Shown piece after piece: positions 41,911-51,784 of a DNA stretch of 64,000 nucleotides. The notes beneath the pieces are model-generated. The model was given only the letters and a program-made list of their open reading frames with translations. It ran no database searches and was not told where the DNA came from. Position numbers and translations under genes: made by a program. How positions within the stretch are numbered: position 1 is the first letter of the stretch; each line of letters opens with the position of its first letter. The stretch comes from an uncultured Bacteroidota bacterium (GTDB lineage Bacteria > Bacteroidota > Ignavibacteria > UBA10030 > UBA6906), in NCBI GenBank assembly GCA_963700635.1, contig CAVOYH010000005.1, forward strand, positions 96,001 to 160,000. Reading direction: 5' to 3'.

Positions 41911-42603
41911 GTGACAAAACGCCGTCTGGTAATCGCGATTGATGGCCCCGCCGCATCGGGAAAAACTACGACGGCGAGGCTCGCATCCGAGCGACTGGGA
42001 TATGTGCACATCGATACCGGCGCGATGTACCGAGCTGTTACGTTGAAAGTCCTGCGCGCAGGCCTTTCGCCCGGAAACAGCGAGGGGGTTGCCAGCTTGC
42101 TGGCCACGACACATGTCGGACTGACACGCACTGCGGGCGGGCTCCGTGTGATGCTGGACGGAGAGGATGTGACGGAAGCGATCCGCACGCCTGTTGTCAC
42201 GCGCGCAGTCAGCGCCGTAAGCAGTCAGCGTAAGGTTCGCGATGCAATGGTCCGCGAACAGCGGGCGATGGGCAAAGACGGAGGTATTGTGCTGGAAGGG
42301 CGGGACATCGGTACCGTGGTGTTCCCGGACGCAGATCTCAAGTTCTTTATGGTGGCCGGAATCCGGTCGCGCGCTTTGCGCCGGCACAAGGAACTGGCCG
42401 ATCGCGGCGAAAACATCCCGCCCGATTTCCTGGAACGTGAAATCGCCGAACGGGATGCACATGACGCCTCCCGTGCGGAGTCACCGCTCCGCAGGGCCGA
42501 TGACGCGATCGAGATTGACACATCCGATCTGAGTATCGACGAACAGGTGGAGCTGGTGGTGGAAACAGCGAAGAAGATGATCATGAAGAGAGAGGGCGGA
42601 TGA
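41911..42603 (+). CDS. cmk: cytidylate kinase
   Basis: IAIDGPAASGKTT, DTGAMYR, EGRDIGTVVFPDA. Confidence 0.96.
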   Translation: MTKRRLVIAIDGPAASGKTTTARLASERLGYVHIDTGAMYRAVTLKVLRAGLSPGNSEGVASLLATTHVGLTRTAGGLRVMLDGEDVTEAIRTPVVTRAVSAVSSQRKVRDAMVREQRAMGKDGGIVLEGRDIGTVVFPDADLKFFMVAGIRSRALRRHKELADRGENIPPDFLEREIAERDAHDASRAESPLRRADDAIEIDTSDLSIDEQVELVVETAKKMIMKREGG

Positions 42604-43505
42604 AAGTCACCATCGACCGTAACGCCGGTTTTTGCTGGGGTGTAGTGCGGACGATCGACGTTGCGCAGGAAGAGCTGGCGTCCGGCCAGGAGCTCTTCTC
42701 TCTGGGACCGATCATTCATAATCCCATGGAGATCGAGCGGCTGAGGACACAGGGTCTCGAAACGGTTTCGCTCGACGATCTTGCTACCGTGCAGGGTAAA
42801 AGGGTTCTGATTCGCGCGCACGGCGAGCCACCCTCGACATACGAGAAGGCACGACGGCTGGGCATCACGTTGATCGATGCGACCTGCCCGGTTGTGACAA
42901 AGGTGCAGGAACGGATCCGCAAGTTCTATGACAGCGGTTATCAGATCGTGATCTTCGGCAAGAAGGATCATGCCGAAGTGATCGGACTTGTCGGGCATAC
43001 GAACGGCGAAGCGGTGGTGGTCAAGTCGGTTGACGAACTGGACAAGGTGAAACAGGGAAGAAAGACGGTGCTGTTTTCCCAGACCACCATGGACAAGCCG
43101 ACATTTTACGAAATCGCCGGCGAGCTGCGCCAGAGAATCGAAGAATTTGAGGTCGGGACTTTTGAAGAGTCCGCAATTGACTTTCATGCGAAGGACACAA
43201 TCTGCGGGCAGGTCTCGGGTCGCGATAAGAAACTGCGGGAGTATGCCGCCGCCAACGATGTGATGATCTTTGTTGCCGGCCGCAACTCGTCCAACGGGAA
43301 GGTCCTTTTTGACATCTGCCGCGAAGCGAACCCCCGGTCGTATCTTATTGAAGAGCCGGGTGAGTTGCAGGCGGATTGGTTTTCGGGTGCACGCACGGTC
43401 GGCATCAGTGGCGCCACCTCAACACCCCAGTGGCTGATGGAACGCGTACAACAGGATATTGAACACTCTAACGTCATCACTAAATCACACACCACCATAC
43501 AATAA
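42600..43505 (+). CDS. ispH: 4-hydroxy-3-methylbut-2-enyl diphosphate reductase
   Basis: AGFCWGV, RAHG, DATCP.V, SQTT, DTIC, SSNG, GATSTP. Confidence 0.95.
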   Translation: MKVTIDRNAGFCWGVVRTIDVAQEELASGQELFSLGPIIHNPMEIERLRTQGLETVSLDDLATVQGKRVLIRAHGEPPSTYEKARRLGITLIDATCPVVTKVQERIRKFYDSGYQIVIFGKKDHAEVIGLVGHTNGEAVVVKSVDELDKVKQGRKTVLFSQTTMDKPTFYEIAGELRQRIEEFEVGTFEESAIDFHAKDTICGQVSGRDKKLREYAAANDVMIFVAGRNSSNGKVLFDICREANPRSYLIEEPGELQADWFSGARTVGISGATSTPQWLMERVQQDIEHSNVITKSHTTIQ

Positions 43506-43510
43506 ATACT

Positions 43511-43574
43511 CTTCCTGCCGATGTGTCTCTGCAGGGCCGTACGATGACGGCGGTCCGGGAACCCCGGCAGGAAA
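43511..43574 (+). promoter_or_regulatory. structured rpsA 5' leader
   Basis: TTCCTGCCG/CGGCAGGAA long-range stem enclosing a GCCGT/ACGGC hairpin. Confidence 0.4.
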
Positions 43575-43618
43575 ATCCCGCAGTGCGCGGGATGGTATGT
43601 CGCACAACAGGAGGATGA

Positions 43619-45364
43619 ATGGCTGAGAAGACCACCAGCACGAAGCCATCTTTGGATGACCACGATTACAGCGAGACCCAGTACAACGAAATGCTGAAGT
43701 TGTACGAGGGTACCCTCGGCAAGATTAACGAGGGAGAGATCATCAAGGGACGCGTCGTCAACATCGGGGATAATGAAGTTTCGGTGGATATCGGATTTAA
43801 ATCCGAGGGCGTCGTTCCGCTCGCAGAATTTACACGCCCCGAAGAGCTCAAGGTCGGGGAGGAGATTGAAGTATTCCTCGAGAGCGTCGAGAACAAAGAG
43901 GGGCAACTTGTACTCTCCCGCAAACGTGCTGACTTTATGCGCGTCTGGGAACGGGTCACCAAGGCCTTTGAGACGGGTGAGGTTCTGCAGGGTCGTTGCG
44001 TCAGGCGCATTAAGGGCGGCATCGTTGTCGACCTGATGAGCATCGATGCATTCCTGCCGGGCTCGCAAATTGACGTCCGCCCCGTGCGCGACTTCGATGT
44101 CCACATCGGCAAGACAATGGACTTCCGGGTGGTAAAGATCAACCATCCCTCCGAAAATGTGGTCGTCAGCCACAAGGTGCTGGTCGAAGAAGAAATGGCC
44201 GGCCAGCGCAAGGCGATCATCGAGAGCCTCGAAAAAGGCCAGATCCTCGAAGGATCTGTCAAAGCCATTACAGATTTTGGCGTGTTTGTGGACCTCGGCG
44301 GCGTGGACGGCCTCGTCCATATTACCGACCTCTCATGGGGCCGTATTAATCATCCTTCCGAGATCGTTAAACTCGACCAGACCATCAACGTTGTCGTGCT
44401 CGACTTCGATCAGGAGAAAAAGCGAATATCGCTTGGCTACAAACAGCTGCAACCCCACCCCTGGGAAAATATCGAGAACAAATATCCGGTCGGTACCAAA
44501 GTCACCGGCAAGGTGGTCTCGCTCGCAGACTACGGTGCATTTGTGGAAATCGAAAAAGGCATCGAAGGCCTTATCCATATTTCCGAAATGAGCTGGACCC
44601 AGCACATCAAACACCCCTCACAGGTCGTGTCGATGGGGCAGATGGTGGATGCGGTAATCCTGAGTCTGGACAAGGATGCCAAAAAGCTTTCACTCGGCAT
44701 CAAGCAGCTTGAACCGGATCCATGGCTGACCCTCATGCAGAAATACCCGGTCGGCTCACGCCACACGGGTATCGTGCGCAACCTCACGAATTTCGGCGTC
44801 TTCGTGGAGCTGGAACAGGGTGTGGACGGTCTGGTACACATCTCCGACCTGTCATGGACGAAGAAAGTCCGTCACCCCGGAGAAATTGTGAAGAAAGGCG
44901 ACGAGATCGAAGTCGTCATCCTCGGTGTGGATGTGGACCAGCGGCGTATCTCGCTCGGCCACAAACAGATCGAAGATAATCCCTGGGATCGATTCGGAGA
45001 CAACTACAAGGTTGGTACCGAGGTCGAAGGGAAGGTCGTCCGTATTATCGAGAAGGGCGTTATCGTGGAGTTGCCCCTCGGCGTCGACGGCTTTGTGCCG
45101 ATTTCGCAGCTCGGGATGGGACAGGTCAAGAATATCTCCGACAAATTCAAGATCGGCGACCCGCTCCCCCTGAAGGTGGTGGAATTTGACAAGGACTCCA
45201 AGAAGATCGTCCTTTCAGCCGCCGAATTCCTGAAGGGTAAGGAAGGCAAGGTTGTGCAGGATTATATGGACGCGCACAAGCTGCCGACACACACGGTTGC
45301 CGATCTGGCAACCATCACGGGACAGACACCCTCGGGTGATACGTCGATTCCGAAGGAAAACTGA
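43619..45364 (+). CDS. rpsA: 30S ribosomal protein S1
   Basis: Six S1 repeats (DFGVFVDLGGVDGLVHITDLSW and related); AGGAGG SD. Confidence 0.97.
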   Translation: MAEKTTSTKPSLDDHDYSETQYNEMLKLYEGTLGKINEGEIIKGRVVNIGDNEVSVDIGFKSEGVVPLAEFTRPEELKVGEEIEVFLESVENKEGQLVLSRKRADFMRVWERVTKAFETGEVLQGRCVRRIKGGIVVDLMSIDAFLPGSQIDVRPVRDFDVHIGKTMDFRVVKINHPSENVVVSHKVLVEEEMAGQRKAIIESLEKGQILEGSVKAITDFGVFVDLGGVDGLVHITDLSWGRINHPSEIVKLDQTINVVVLDFDQEKKRISLGYKQLQPHPWENIENKYPVGTKVTGKVVSLADYGAFVEIEKGIEGLIHISEMSWTQHIKHPSQVVSMGQMVDAVILSLDKDAKKLSLGIKQLEPDPWLTLMQKYPVGSRHTGIVRNLTNFGVFVELEQGVDGLVHISDLSWTKKVRHPGEIVKKGDEIEVVILGVDVDQRRISLGHKQIEDNPWDRFGDNYKVGTEVEGKVVRIIEKGVIVELPLGVDGFVPISQLGMGQVKNISDKFKIGDPLPLKVVEFDKDSKKIVLSAAEFLKGKEGKVVQDYMDAHKLPTHTVADLATITGQTPSGDTSIPKEN

Positions 45365-45384
45365 TTCCCGTTGTATCATTCTAC

Positions 45385-45421
45385 AAGGGGTTGACGGCAG
45401 AGTACGGCTGTCAACCCCTTT
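45385..45421 (+). terminator. rho-independent terminator after rpsA
   Basis: AAGGGGTTGACGGC/GCTGTCAACCCCTT stem followed by a T-rich tail. Confidence 0.75.
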
Positions 45422-45435
45422 GATATTATTCTGCT

Positions 45436-46830
45436 ATGCCACGTGTCGCACTCCATACGCTCGGCTGCAAGCTCAACTTCGCCGAAACGTCCACGCTCGG
45501 CGGTCAGTTCCTCGACCGCGGCTATGAGGTGGTCCCGTTCAGCGAACCGGCGGAGATCTATCTCCTCAATACCTGCAGCGTTACCGAACGGGCAGATCGT
45601 GAATGCCGGCAACTTGTCCGCCGGGCCTTACGCCGTTCGCCCGGCGCCCTGGTCGTTGTGACGGGGTGTTACGCCCAGCTTGCCCCCGAGGAAATTGCAT
45701 CCATCGAAGGGGTTGACTTCGTTCTCGGAACGAAAGAAAAATCCTCCCTCTTTGAGTATCTCGGCGGACTGGATAAACAAACCACTCCGCAGGTGTGTGT
45801 CTCGGATGTGGGGGACGCTGTGAGCTTCGGGCCGGCCATGTCCGGTCCCGCCACGGATCGCACCCGGGCTTTCCTGAAAATCCAGGATGGGTGCGACTAT
45901 CAGTGTACCTTCTGTACCATCCCGCTTGCCCGCGGGGTGAGCCGCAGCCAGTCCGTGGATCTCTGCGTCCAGCAGGCAGAGGGGCTCGTGTCTCAAGGCT
46001 ACAAAGAAGTGGTGCTCACCGGAGTAAATGTGGGTGACTACGGAAGGAAGATTGACTCGGACCTGCTCTCCCTTCTGCAGAAACTTGTTGTCATCGATGG
46101 ACTCCAGCGCATCCGGATAAGCTCCATCGAGCCGAACCTCCTTACAGGGGAACTTCTTGCCTTTGTTGCCGGCCACGAAACCATCTGCCGTCATTTCCAC
46201 ATTCCGTTGCAAAGCGGCAGCGATGCCGTTCTCCGGCGGATGCGGCGGCGGTATACATCCGGGATGTACGGTGATCTCGTCAGGAAGGTCAGACAGATGT
46301 TCCCGCTGGCCGGCATCGGCGCGGATGTGATTACCGGATTTCCGGGAGAATCGGAGTCAGAGTTCGAAGAGACCCACCGCCTTCTTGCGGATCTTCCGGT
46401 TTCGTATCTTCATGTGTTCACGTATTCCGAACGTCCCAACACTCCGGCGGCGGCGGATGGAAGTCCTGTTCCCCCGGGCGTACGCGCGCGGCGCACGGAA
46501 CAACTCCGGATACTCGGCCAGAGGAAAAGAACCCTGTTTGCCGAACAGCACATCGGGCAAACGGTGACCGTGCTGACCGAAAGCACGGTGGCCGACGGCA
46601 GACGGTTCGGGTTTACCGGTTCGTTTGTCCGGGTCGGAGTGCCCGCTCATGCTGTGCAAGAGAATACCATGGTGAAGGTGACGATAACCGGCGTTGCAGA
46701 CGACTATTGTGTGGGTGACGTACCCGGCTGCGAAGTGGAGAGCACATCCCCGCCCGGTGGCGGTCCAGCAGGGAGCACGAGGATGGGGCAGAACCAGGAC
46801 GACTCGATGGTGCATGAGGAGGGACGATGA
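45436..46830 (+). CDS. mtaB: tRNA t6A methylthiotransferase
   Basis: TLGCKLN, NTCSVT, GCYAQ, KIQDGCDYQCTFC radical-SAM motif, RISSIEP, LHVFTYS.R. Confidence 0.93.
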   Translation: MPRVALHTLGCKLNFAETSTLGGQFLDRGYEVVPFSEPAEIYLLNTCSVTERADRECRQLVRRALRRSPGALVVVTGCYAQLAPEEIASIEGVDFVLGTKEKSSLFEYLGGLDKQTTPQVCVSDVGDAVSFGPAMSGPATDRTRAFLKIQDGCDYQCTFCTIPLARGVSRSQSVDLCVQQAEGLVSQGYKEVVLTGVNVGDYGRKIDSDLLSLLQKLVVIDGLQRIRISSIEPNLLTGELLAFVAGHETICRHFHIPLQSGSDAVLRRMRRRYTSGMYGDLVRKVRQMFPLAGIGADVITGFPGESESEFEETHRLLADLPVSYLHVFTYSERPNTPAAADGSPVPPGVRARRTEQLRILGQRKRTLFAEQHIGQTVTVLTESTVADGRRFGFTGSFVRVGVPAHAVQENTMVKVTITGVADDYCVGDVPGCEVESTSPPGGGPAGSTRMGQNQDDSMVHEEGR

Positions 46831-48152
46831 AGATTGTTGGAGTGGGAGAGGGGAGTATTGCACATCAGGCCGGTCTGCTGCCCGGGGACGAACTGCTCGA
46901 ACTAAACGGTCAGCGGGTACAGGACAATCTGGATGTGCGCTTTCACGAGGGTGACGCCCGGGTCTCTCTGAAAATTGCCCGCGCGGGGGAGGTTCTGCTA
47001 TTTGACATCGACAAAGACGATGGCGAAGCTCTCGGGCTGGAAATGGAAGAGATGAAGGTCCTCTCGTGCGGGAATGATTGTATTTTCTGCTTTGTGGATC
47101 AGAATCCAAAAGGGCTGCGGAACCAGCTTTATTTCCGCGACGGTGACTATCGCCTGTCGTTTATGTATGGCAACTACACAACCATGACCAACGCCGGTCC
47201 GGCGATTCTGAGGCGGATTATTGAGCAACGTCTCTCCCCGCAGTACATCTCCGTCCATGCAACCGACCTCCCCACACGCATCAAGCTCATGGGGCTGAAA
47301 AAGGATGACCGGATTCTTGAAAAGATCAAGCTCCTGCACGACAACGATATCGACATGCACACGCAGATTGTGTTGTGTCCGGGAATGAACGATGGCGCAG
47401 TGCTGGACCGCACGGTGCACGATCTCTATGCGTACAACCGGCAGGTAGTTTCATTGGCCGTCGTGCCGGTCGGACTCACCGATCACCGGTTCACACTCGC
47501 GCAGATGAAGCGGGTGGACCGTCCGTATGCGCAGGAATTGCTTGACAGGGTGGAGAAATGGCAGGAGCGATTCCGCCGGGAATGCGGAAGGGGATTTGTG
47601 TATGCCTCGGACGAATTTTATCTGGTGGCCGGCCGTCCGATCCCACGGCCTGCGGACTATGACGGGTATCCCCAGATTGAAAACGGCGTCGGGATGGTGC
47701 AGACCTTCCTGACCCGGTTCCGCAGCCAGGCCAGGCGATTTCCAGCGTCCATTCCCCGGCGCCGCACGCTTACGATTGTCACGGGAAAACTGGCTGAAGG
47801 ATTTATGCGCAGTGAAGTGTTGCCCCGGCTGGCGGCGATACGCAATCTTCATGTGCAGCTGGTCGCCGCACCCAACACGCTCTTCGGGCGAAGTGTCACG
47901 GTATCTGGACTTCTCTCGGGGAAATGCGTATATTCAGCCATGCGGAAGAAGACTCCGGGAGATCTGGTGTTACTTCCTCCCGACATCCTGAATGCGGATG
48001 GAATGTTTCTGGATGACATGACCATCCCGCAGCTGGAAGAATCTCTCCGCACCCCTGTTGCCGTGTTTAGCGGACGATGGGGGGCGGTTGTGCGATCTCT
48101 TACCCGTCACAAAAGGAGTACACGCCTCCGGGCTTTGGTACGCGTTTCATAA
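46827..48152 (+). CDS. PDZ + radical-SAM (DUF512-type) protein
   Basis: N-terminal PDZ-like segment, CGNDCIFC, DYRLSF..GNY, QIENGVG. Confidence 0.85.
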   Translation: MKIVGVGEGSIAHQAGLLPGDELLELNGQRVQDNLDVRFHEGDARVSLKIARAGEVLLFDIDKDDGEALGLEMEEMKVLSCGNDCIFCFVDQNPKGLRNQLYFRDGDYRLSFMYGNYTTMTNAGPAILRRIIEQRLSPQYISVHATDLPTRIKLMGLKKDDRILEKIKLLHDNDIDMHTQIVLCPGMNDGAVLDRTVHDLYAYNRQVVSLAVVPVGLTDHRFTLAQMKRVDRPYAQELLDRVEKWQERFRRECGRGFVYASDEFYLVAGRPIPRPADYDGYPQIENGVGMVQTFLTRFRSQARRFPASIPRRRTLTIVTGKLAEGFMRSEVLPRLAAIRNLHVQLVAAPNTLFGRSVTVSGLLSGKCVYSAMRKKTPGDLVLLPPDILNADGMFLDDMTIPQLEESLRTPVAVFSGRWGAVVRSLTRHKRSTRLRALVRVS

Positions 48153-48168
48153 TCAAAGGAGCCTGAAG

Positions 48169-48921
48169 ATGTCACGATTCTGGTGGGCGTGTGCAGTCCT
48201 GCTGAGTGTTGCTACACCCCTTCACGCGCAAGAACCACAACACCTCACGCGGTATGAGGCAGGTCTCGACCTGCTGACAGCCATGCCTGTCTCCGCCCCG
48301 CCGTCTTTGCTGCAAGGGGAAAGCATTCCGGCGAAAAAATCTGTCGGCCTCGCTGCTCTGTACTCACTTCTCATTCCCGGAATGGGAGAGTGGTATGCCG
48401 AGGGATTTTCTTCCGGGAAATACTTCCTGATTGCCGAAGGCGTGTTATGGCTCGGCTATGCCGCGGTGGAGATTCACGGAAACGATCTGCGGGATGGTGC
48501 GCGGGCGTACGCCGCTGCACATGCGGGAGTGGATGCTGCAGGGAAAAATGACGACTTCTTCGTCAACGTCGGCAACTTTACGTCAGTGGCGGACTATAAC
48601 GACAAACGTCTGCGTGATCGGGAACCCGAAAAGTTGTACGATCCTCTGGCCGGATACAGCTGGCGGTGGGAGAACGATGCAGCGCGTCTGATCTACCGTG
48701 AACAAAGGATCAGCAGCGAGAACATGTACAACAACCGCAAGTTTGTGGGCGCGGCGATTCTGATCAATCATCTTGTCAGCGCCATCAATGCGGCCCGGTC
48801 AGCGATAGCATACAACAATGCACAGGCAGAGGCGCTCGGAGATCTGCATCTCTCCACCCGTATCCTGGGCGGGATGGAACAACCGCACGGGGTTCTGGTT
48901 ACGGTTGCCCGGTCGTTCTAA
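48169..48921 (+). CDS. hypothetical exported/membrane protein
   Basis: AAGGAG SD, signal peptide, KKS...A.LYSLLIPG.G..Y motif, terminal Phe. Confidence 0.7.
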   Translation: MSRFWWACAVLLSVATPLHAQEPQHLTRYEAGLDLLTAMPVSAPPSLLQGESIPAKKSVGLAALYSLLIPGMGEWYAEGFSSGKYFLIAEGVLWLGYAAVEIHGNDLRDGARAYAAAHAGVDAAGKNDDFFVNVGNFTSVADYNDKRLRDREPEKLYDPLAGYSWRWENDAARLIYREQRISSENMYNNRKFVGAAILINHLVSAINAARSAIAYNNAQAEALGDLHLSTRILGGMEQPHGVLVTVARSF

Positions 48922-48944
48922 GCGTATCAGAAGCAAAAGACGCC

Positions 48945-49673
48945 GTGCGAACACTCAAGCTCACCCTGGAATACGATGGTACTGACTTTGTCGGATGGCA
49001 GAGCCAGGTAAACGGCCGCGCAGTGCAGGATGAAATTGAGAAAGCACTCCGACAGATTCTCAGCGAAGAAATCCGGATCGCAGGTGCCGGGCGGACGGAT
49101 TCCGGGGTGCATGCCAGGGGCCAGGTTGCAAGTCTTAAAACTTCGTCTCCCATCACATCTGCCAAACTTCTTTCCGCGTTAAACGGGGTCCTGCCCGAAG
49201 ACATCTGCACGCATGCTGTCGAAGAGGTTCCTGACTCATTTCATGCCCGTTTTGATGCGACCGGACGGGAATACAGCTATACCATTCTGTTTCACCCTGC
49301 AGTTCTTCCACGGAGGTACTCCTGGTACACAAAGTATCCGCTCACGCCGTCCCTTCTTCATGCGGTTGCTCCACAGATCCTCGGGAAACATGACTTCAGC
49401 TCCTTTTGCAAGCATGAATCCGAAGTAGAAAACAGGATTTGTACCGTCTCGCAGTCGGTGTGGCAGGAAATACCCGGCGGTGTTGTGTACCACGTTGTTG
49501 CTGATCGGTTTGTGCACGGGATGGTTCGATCGCTTGTGGGGACGATGGTTGACATTGCGCGGGGACACTTTGCGCCTGACGTGATGCAGGGGATTTTCAG
49601 GGCGCAGGAAAGGAGCAAGGCGGGCACCGCTGCGCCTGCGAAAGGACTTGTGCTGGAGAGAGTCGAGTACTGA
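48945..49673 (+). CDS. truA: tRNA pseudouridine(38-40) synthase
   Basis: YDGT.F.GWQ, GRTDSGVHA, FHARF.A, G.HDF..F, A.RF..GMVR. Confidence 0.96.
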   Translation: MRTLKLTLEYDGTDFVGWQSQVNGRAVQDEIEKALRQILSEEIRIAGAGRTDSGVHARGQVASLKTSSPITSAKLLSALNGVLPEDICTHAVEEVPDSFHARFDATGREYSYTILFHPAVLPRRYSWYTKYPLTPSLLHAVAPQILGKHDFSSFCKHESEVENRICTVSQSVWQEIPGGVVYHVVADRFVHGMVRSLVGTMVDIARGHFAPDVMQGIFRAQERSKAGTAAPAKGLVLERVEY

Positions 49674-49793
49674 GCAGAATACACCCGGTAGACTACGGTG
49701 GCGTGACCTGCCCCTCGGAATTCCATCCCCTCATGTGTAGTTCTGGTATCGAGCCACTGGCTCTCGAACACCCGGAACTGTACGCATACACAC

Positions 49794-51329
49794 TTGCCCT
49801 CAAAGGTCCTCAGCAGCGCCACCTATGGCGTCACGGCCTTTCTCGTAGAGGTTGAGACCCATCTTGAAAAAGGCCTCCCCGGCTTCTCCATCGTCGGTCT
49901 TCCGGACAATGCCATCCGGGAAAGCCGCGAACGGATTGCCGCCGCCATCCGGAACTGCGGATTCGAATTCCCCCTGCGAAAAATAACCATGAACCTCGCT
50001 CCGGCCGACATCAAAAAGGAGGGTTCCTCCTTTGACCTCCCCATGGCTGTGGGCATCCTGGCGGCCACAGGGCAGGTCAACAATGAGGTACTCCCGGACT
50101 ATCTCCTCGTGGGGGAGCTGGCGCTGGACGGAGCATTAAGACCGGTGCACGGCGTGCTCCCGATGGCCCTTGAAGCAAGAACCCGGAGCATAAAGGGTAT
50201 GCTCCTGCCCAAAGAGAATGGCAAGGAAGCATCAATGGTGTCTGGACTGTCGGTTTTCCCTGTTTCTTCGCTCAAGGAGGCCGTTGAATTCCTGGATTCG
50301 GATCACGAGAGGCTTCTACCCGTAGTTCTTGACAGGGAAGAACTCTTCCGTCAGGATCACCGGTATCTGGCGGACTTTGCGGATGTCAAGGGGCAGGAAA
50401 ATGTCAAGCGTGCGCTTGAGGTGGGGGCTGCAGGAGCCCATAATATCATCATGATAGGGCCTCCTGGCTCAGGTAAAACGATGCTTGCCAAACGGCTTCC
50501 CGGCATATTGCCTCCTCTTTCTTTTGATGAAGCTCTGGAGACGACCAAAGTTCATTCTGTGGCGGGCCTGCTCCCACCCGACACGGCTGTCGTGTCAATC
50601 CGTCCTTTCCGCTCACCCCACCATACGATTTCGGACGCGGCGCTTGTGGGTGGTGGCTCCGTGCCACGCCCCGGTGAGATCTCCCTGTGCCACAATGGTG
50701 TTCTGTTTCTTGACGAGCTCCCGGAGTTCGCCCGGAACGTGCTTGAGGTGCTCCGGCAGCCTCTCGAAGACGGGTGTGTAACCATCAGCAGGTCCAAGCT
50801 GACCGTGACCTACCCCGCAAACTTTATGCTGGTTTGTGCGATGAACCCCTGTCCGTGCGGCCATTTCACCGATCCTCAGAAGGAGTGCACCTGTCAGCCC
50901 GCGGAGGTGCAGAGGTACATGACTCGTATCTCAGGCCCTTTGCTCGACCGGATTGATTTGCACATCGAAGTTCCCGCCGTGAAATATCGTGAGCTTGCCA
51001 GCAAAGAGCATGGGGAATGCTCGGCTGAAATCAGGGCGCGCGTGACCGCTGCCCGCGCCCGACAGACCGCCAGGTTCAGAGCCCGGAAGGGTCTCTATGC
51101 CAATGCCGATATGCAATCCAGCCAGATACGGGAATTCTGCGGGATCAATGGCACCGGAGAAGAGTTGTTGAAAATGGCCATTACAAAACTAGGGCTTTCC
51201 GCGCGGGCATACGATCGAATTCTCAAAGTGTCGCGTACGATTGCCGATCTGGCTCAGTCGGAGGGGATCAAGCCAGAACACGTTGCCGAGGCGATACAGT
51301 ACCGGTCGCTGGATCGGACTTTGCTGTGA
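49794..51329 (+). CDS. comM: YifB/ComM-family Mg-chelatase-like AAA+ ATPase
   Basis: [59 protein letters not shown]; the frame is intact. Confidence 0.94.
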   Translation: MPSKVLSSATYGVTAFLVEVETHLEKGLPGFSIVGLPDNAIRESRERIAAAIRNCGFEFPLRKITMNLAPADIKKEGSSFDLPMAVGILAATGQVNNEVLPDYLLVGELALDGALRPVHGVLPMALEARTRSIKGMLLPKENGKEASMVSGLSVFPVSSLKEAVEFLDSDHERLLPVVLDREELFRQDHRYLADFADVKGQENVKRALEVGAAGAHNIIMIGPPGSGKTMLAKRLPGILPPLSFDEALETTKVHSVAGLLPPDTAVVSIRPFRSPHHTISDAALVGGGSVPRPGEISLCHNGVLFLDELPEFARNVLEVLRQPLEDGCVTISRSKLTVTYPANFMLVCAMNPCPCGHFTDPQKECTCQPAEVQRYMTRISGPLLDRIDLHIEVPAVKYRELASKEHGECSAEIRARVTAARARQTARFRARKGLYANADMQSSQIREFCGINGTGEELLKMAITKLGLSARAYDRILKVSRTIADLAQSEGIKPEHVAEAIQYRSLDRTLL

Positions 51330-51454
51330 AGAGGTCGCAGCCCCTTGACTGATAACGCCTGTTGATTCCCTGTTCGGCCACTGTGCGGCAACTGCCCCCG
51401 ATGTGTGGACGTGTTTCGCCTACCTCGTGCGAGAGAACCGAACACGCTCAAGTG

Positions 51455-51491
51455 TGTCTCTGCGCGCCCTGTCTCTGCGCGCGGTCTCTGC
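51455..51491 (+). repeat. three short direct repeats of GTCTCTGC(GCGC)
   Basis: TGTCTCTGCGCGC at 51455 and 51470, plus GTCTCTGC at 51484. Confidence 0.6.
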
Positions 51492-51784
51492 ATGTATGTG
51501 TTTTCTTCTTGATAAACTCGAACTCAGCCCGTATATTGCTGCCAACTTTCCGGGGGGAGAGCAAATGCGAACTAGATCCGAAGCCTCACTGGTCCGAATG
51601 GATGGTGGGGCTTCTTTCGTTTTGTTCGGAGCATTCCCTTTCTCCGTTTCGTGAGAGTGGAGTCTCCGTGCTCTGCGACATCTGACACCATGGAAGATGA
51701 TGCCGCCATCTTCTTGATTCCGTACTCAATGTTTGTCTTATCGTCTCAGGGGATGAGAAGAGGCATAGAGAACTGGATAAGGCT

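Noticed and set aside
51719-51748. Fourth copy of the ECF promoter motif upstream of the YCF48-like gene
   Set aside because: CGTCTCA is present, but the -35 position reads TCCGTAC rather than GCGCAAG
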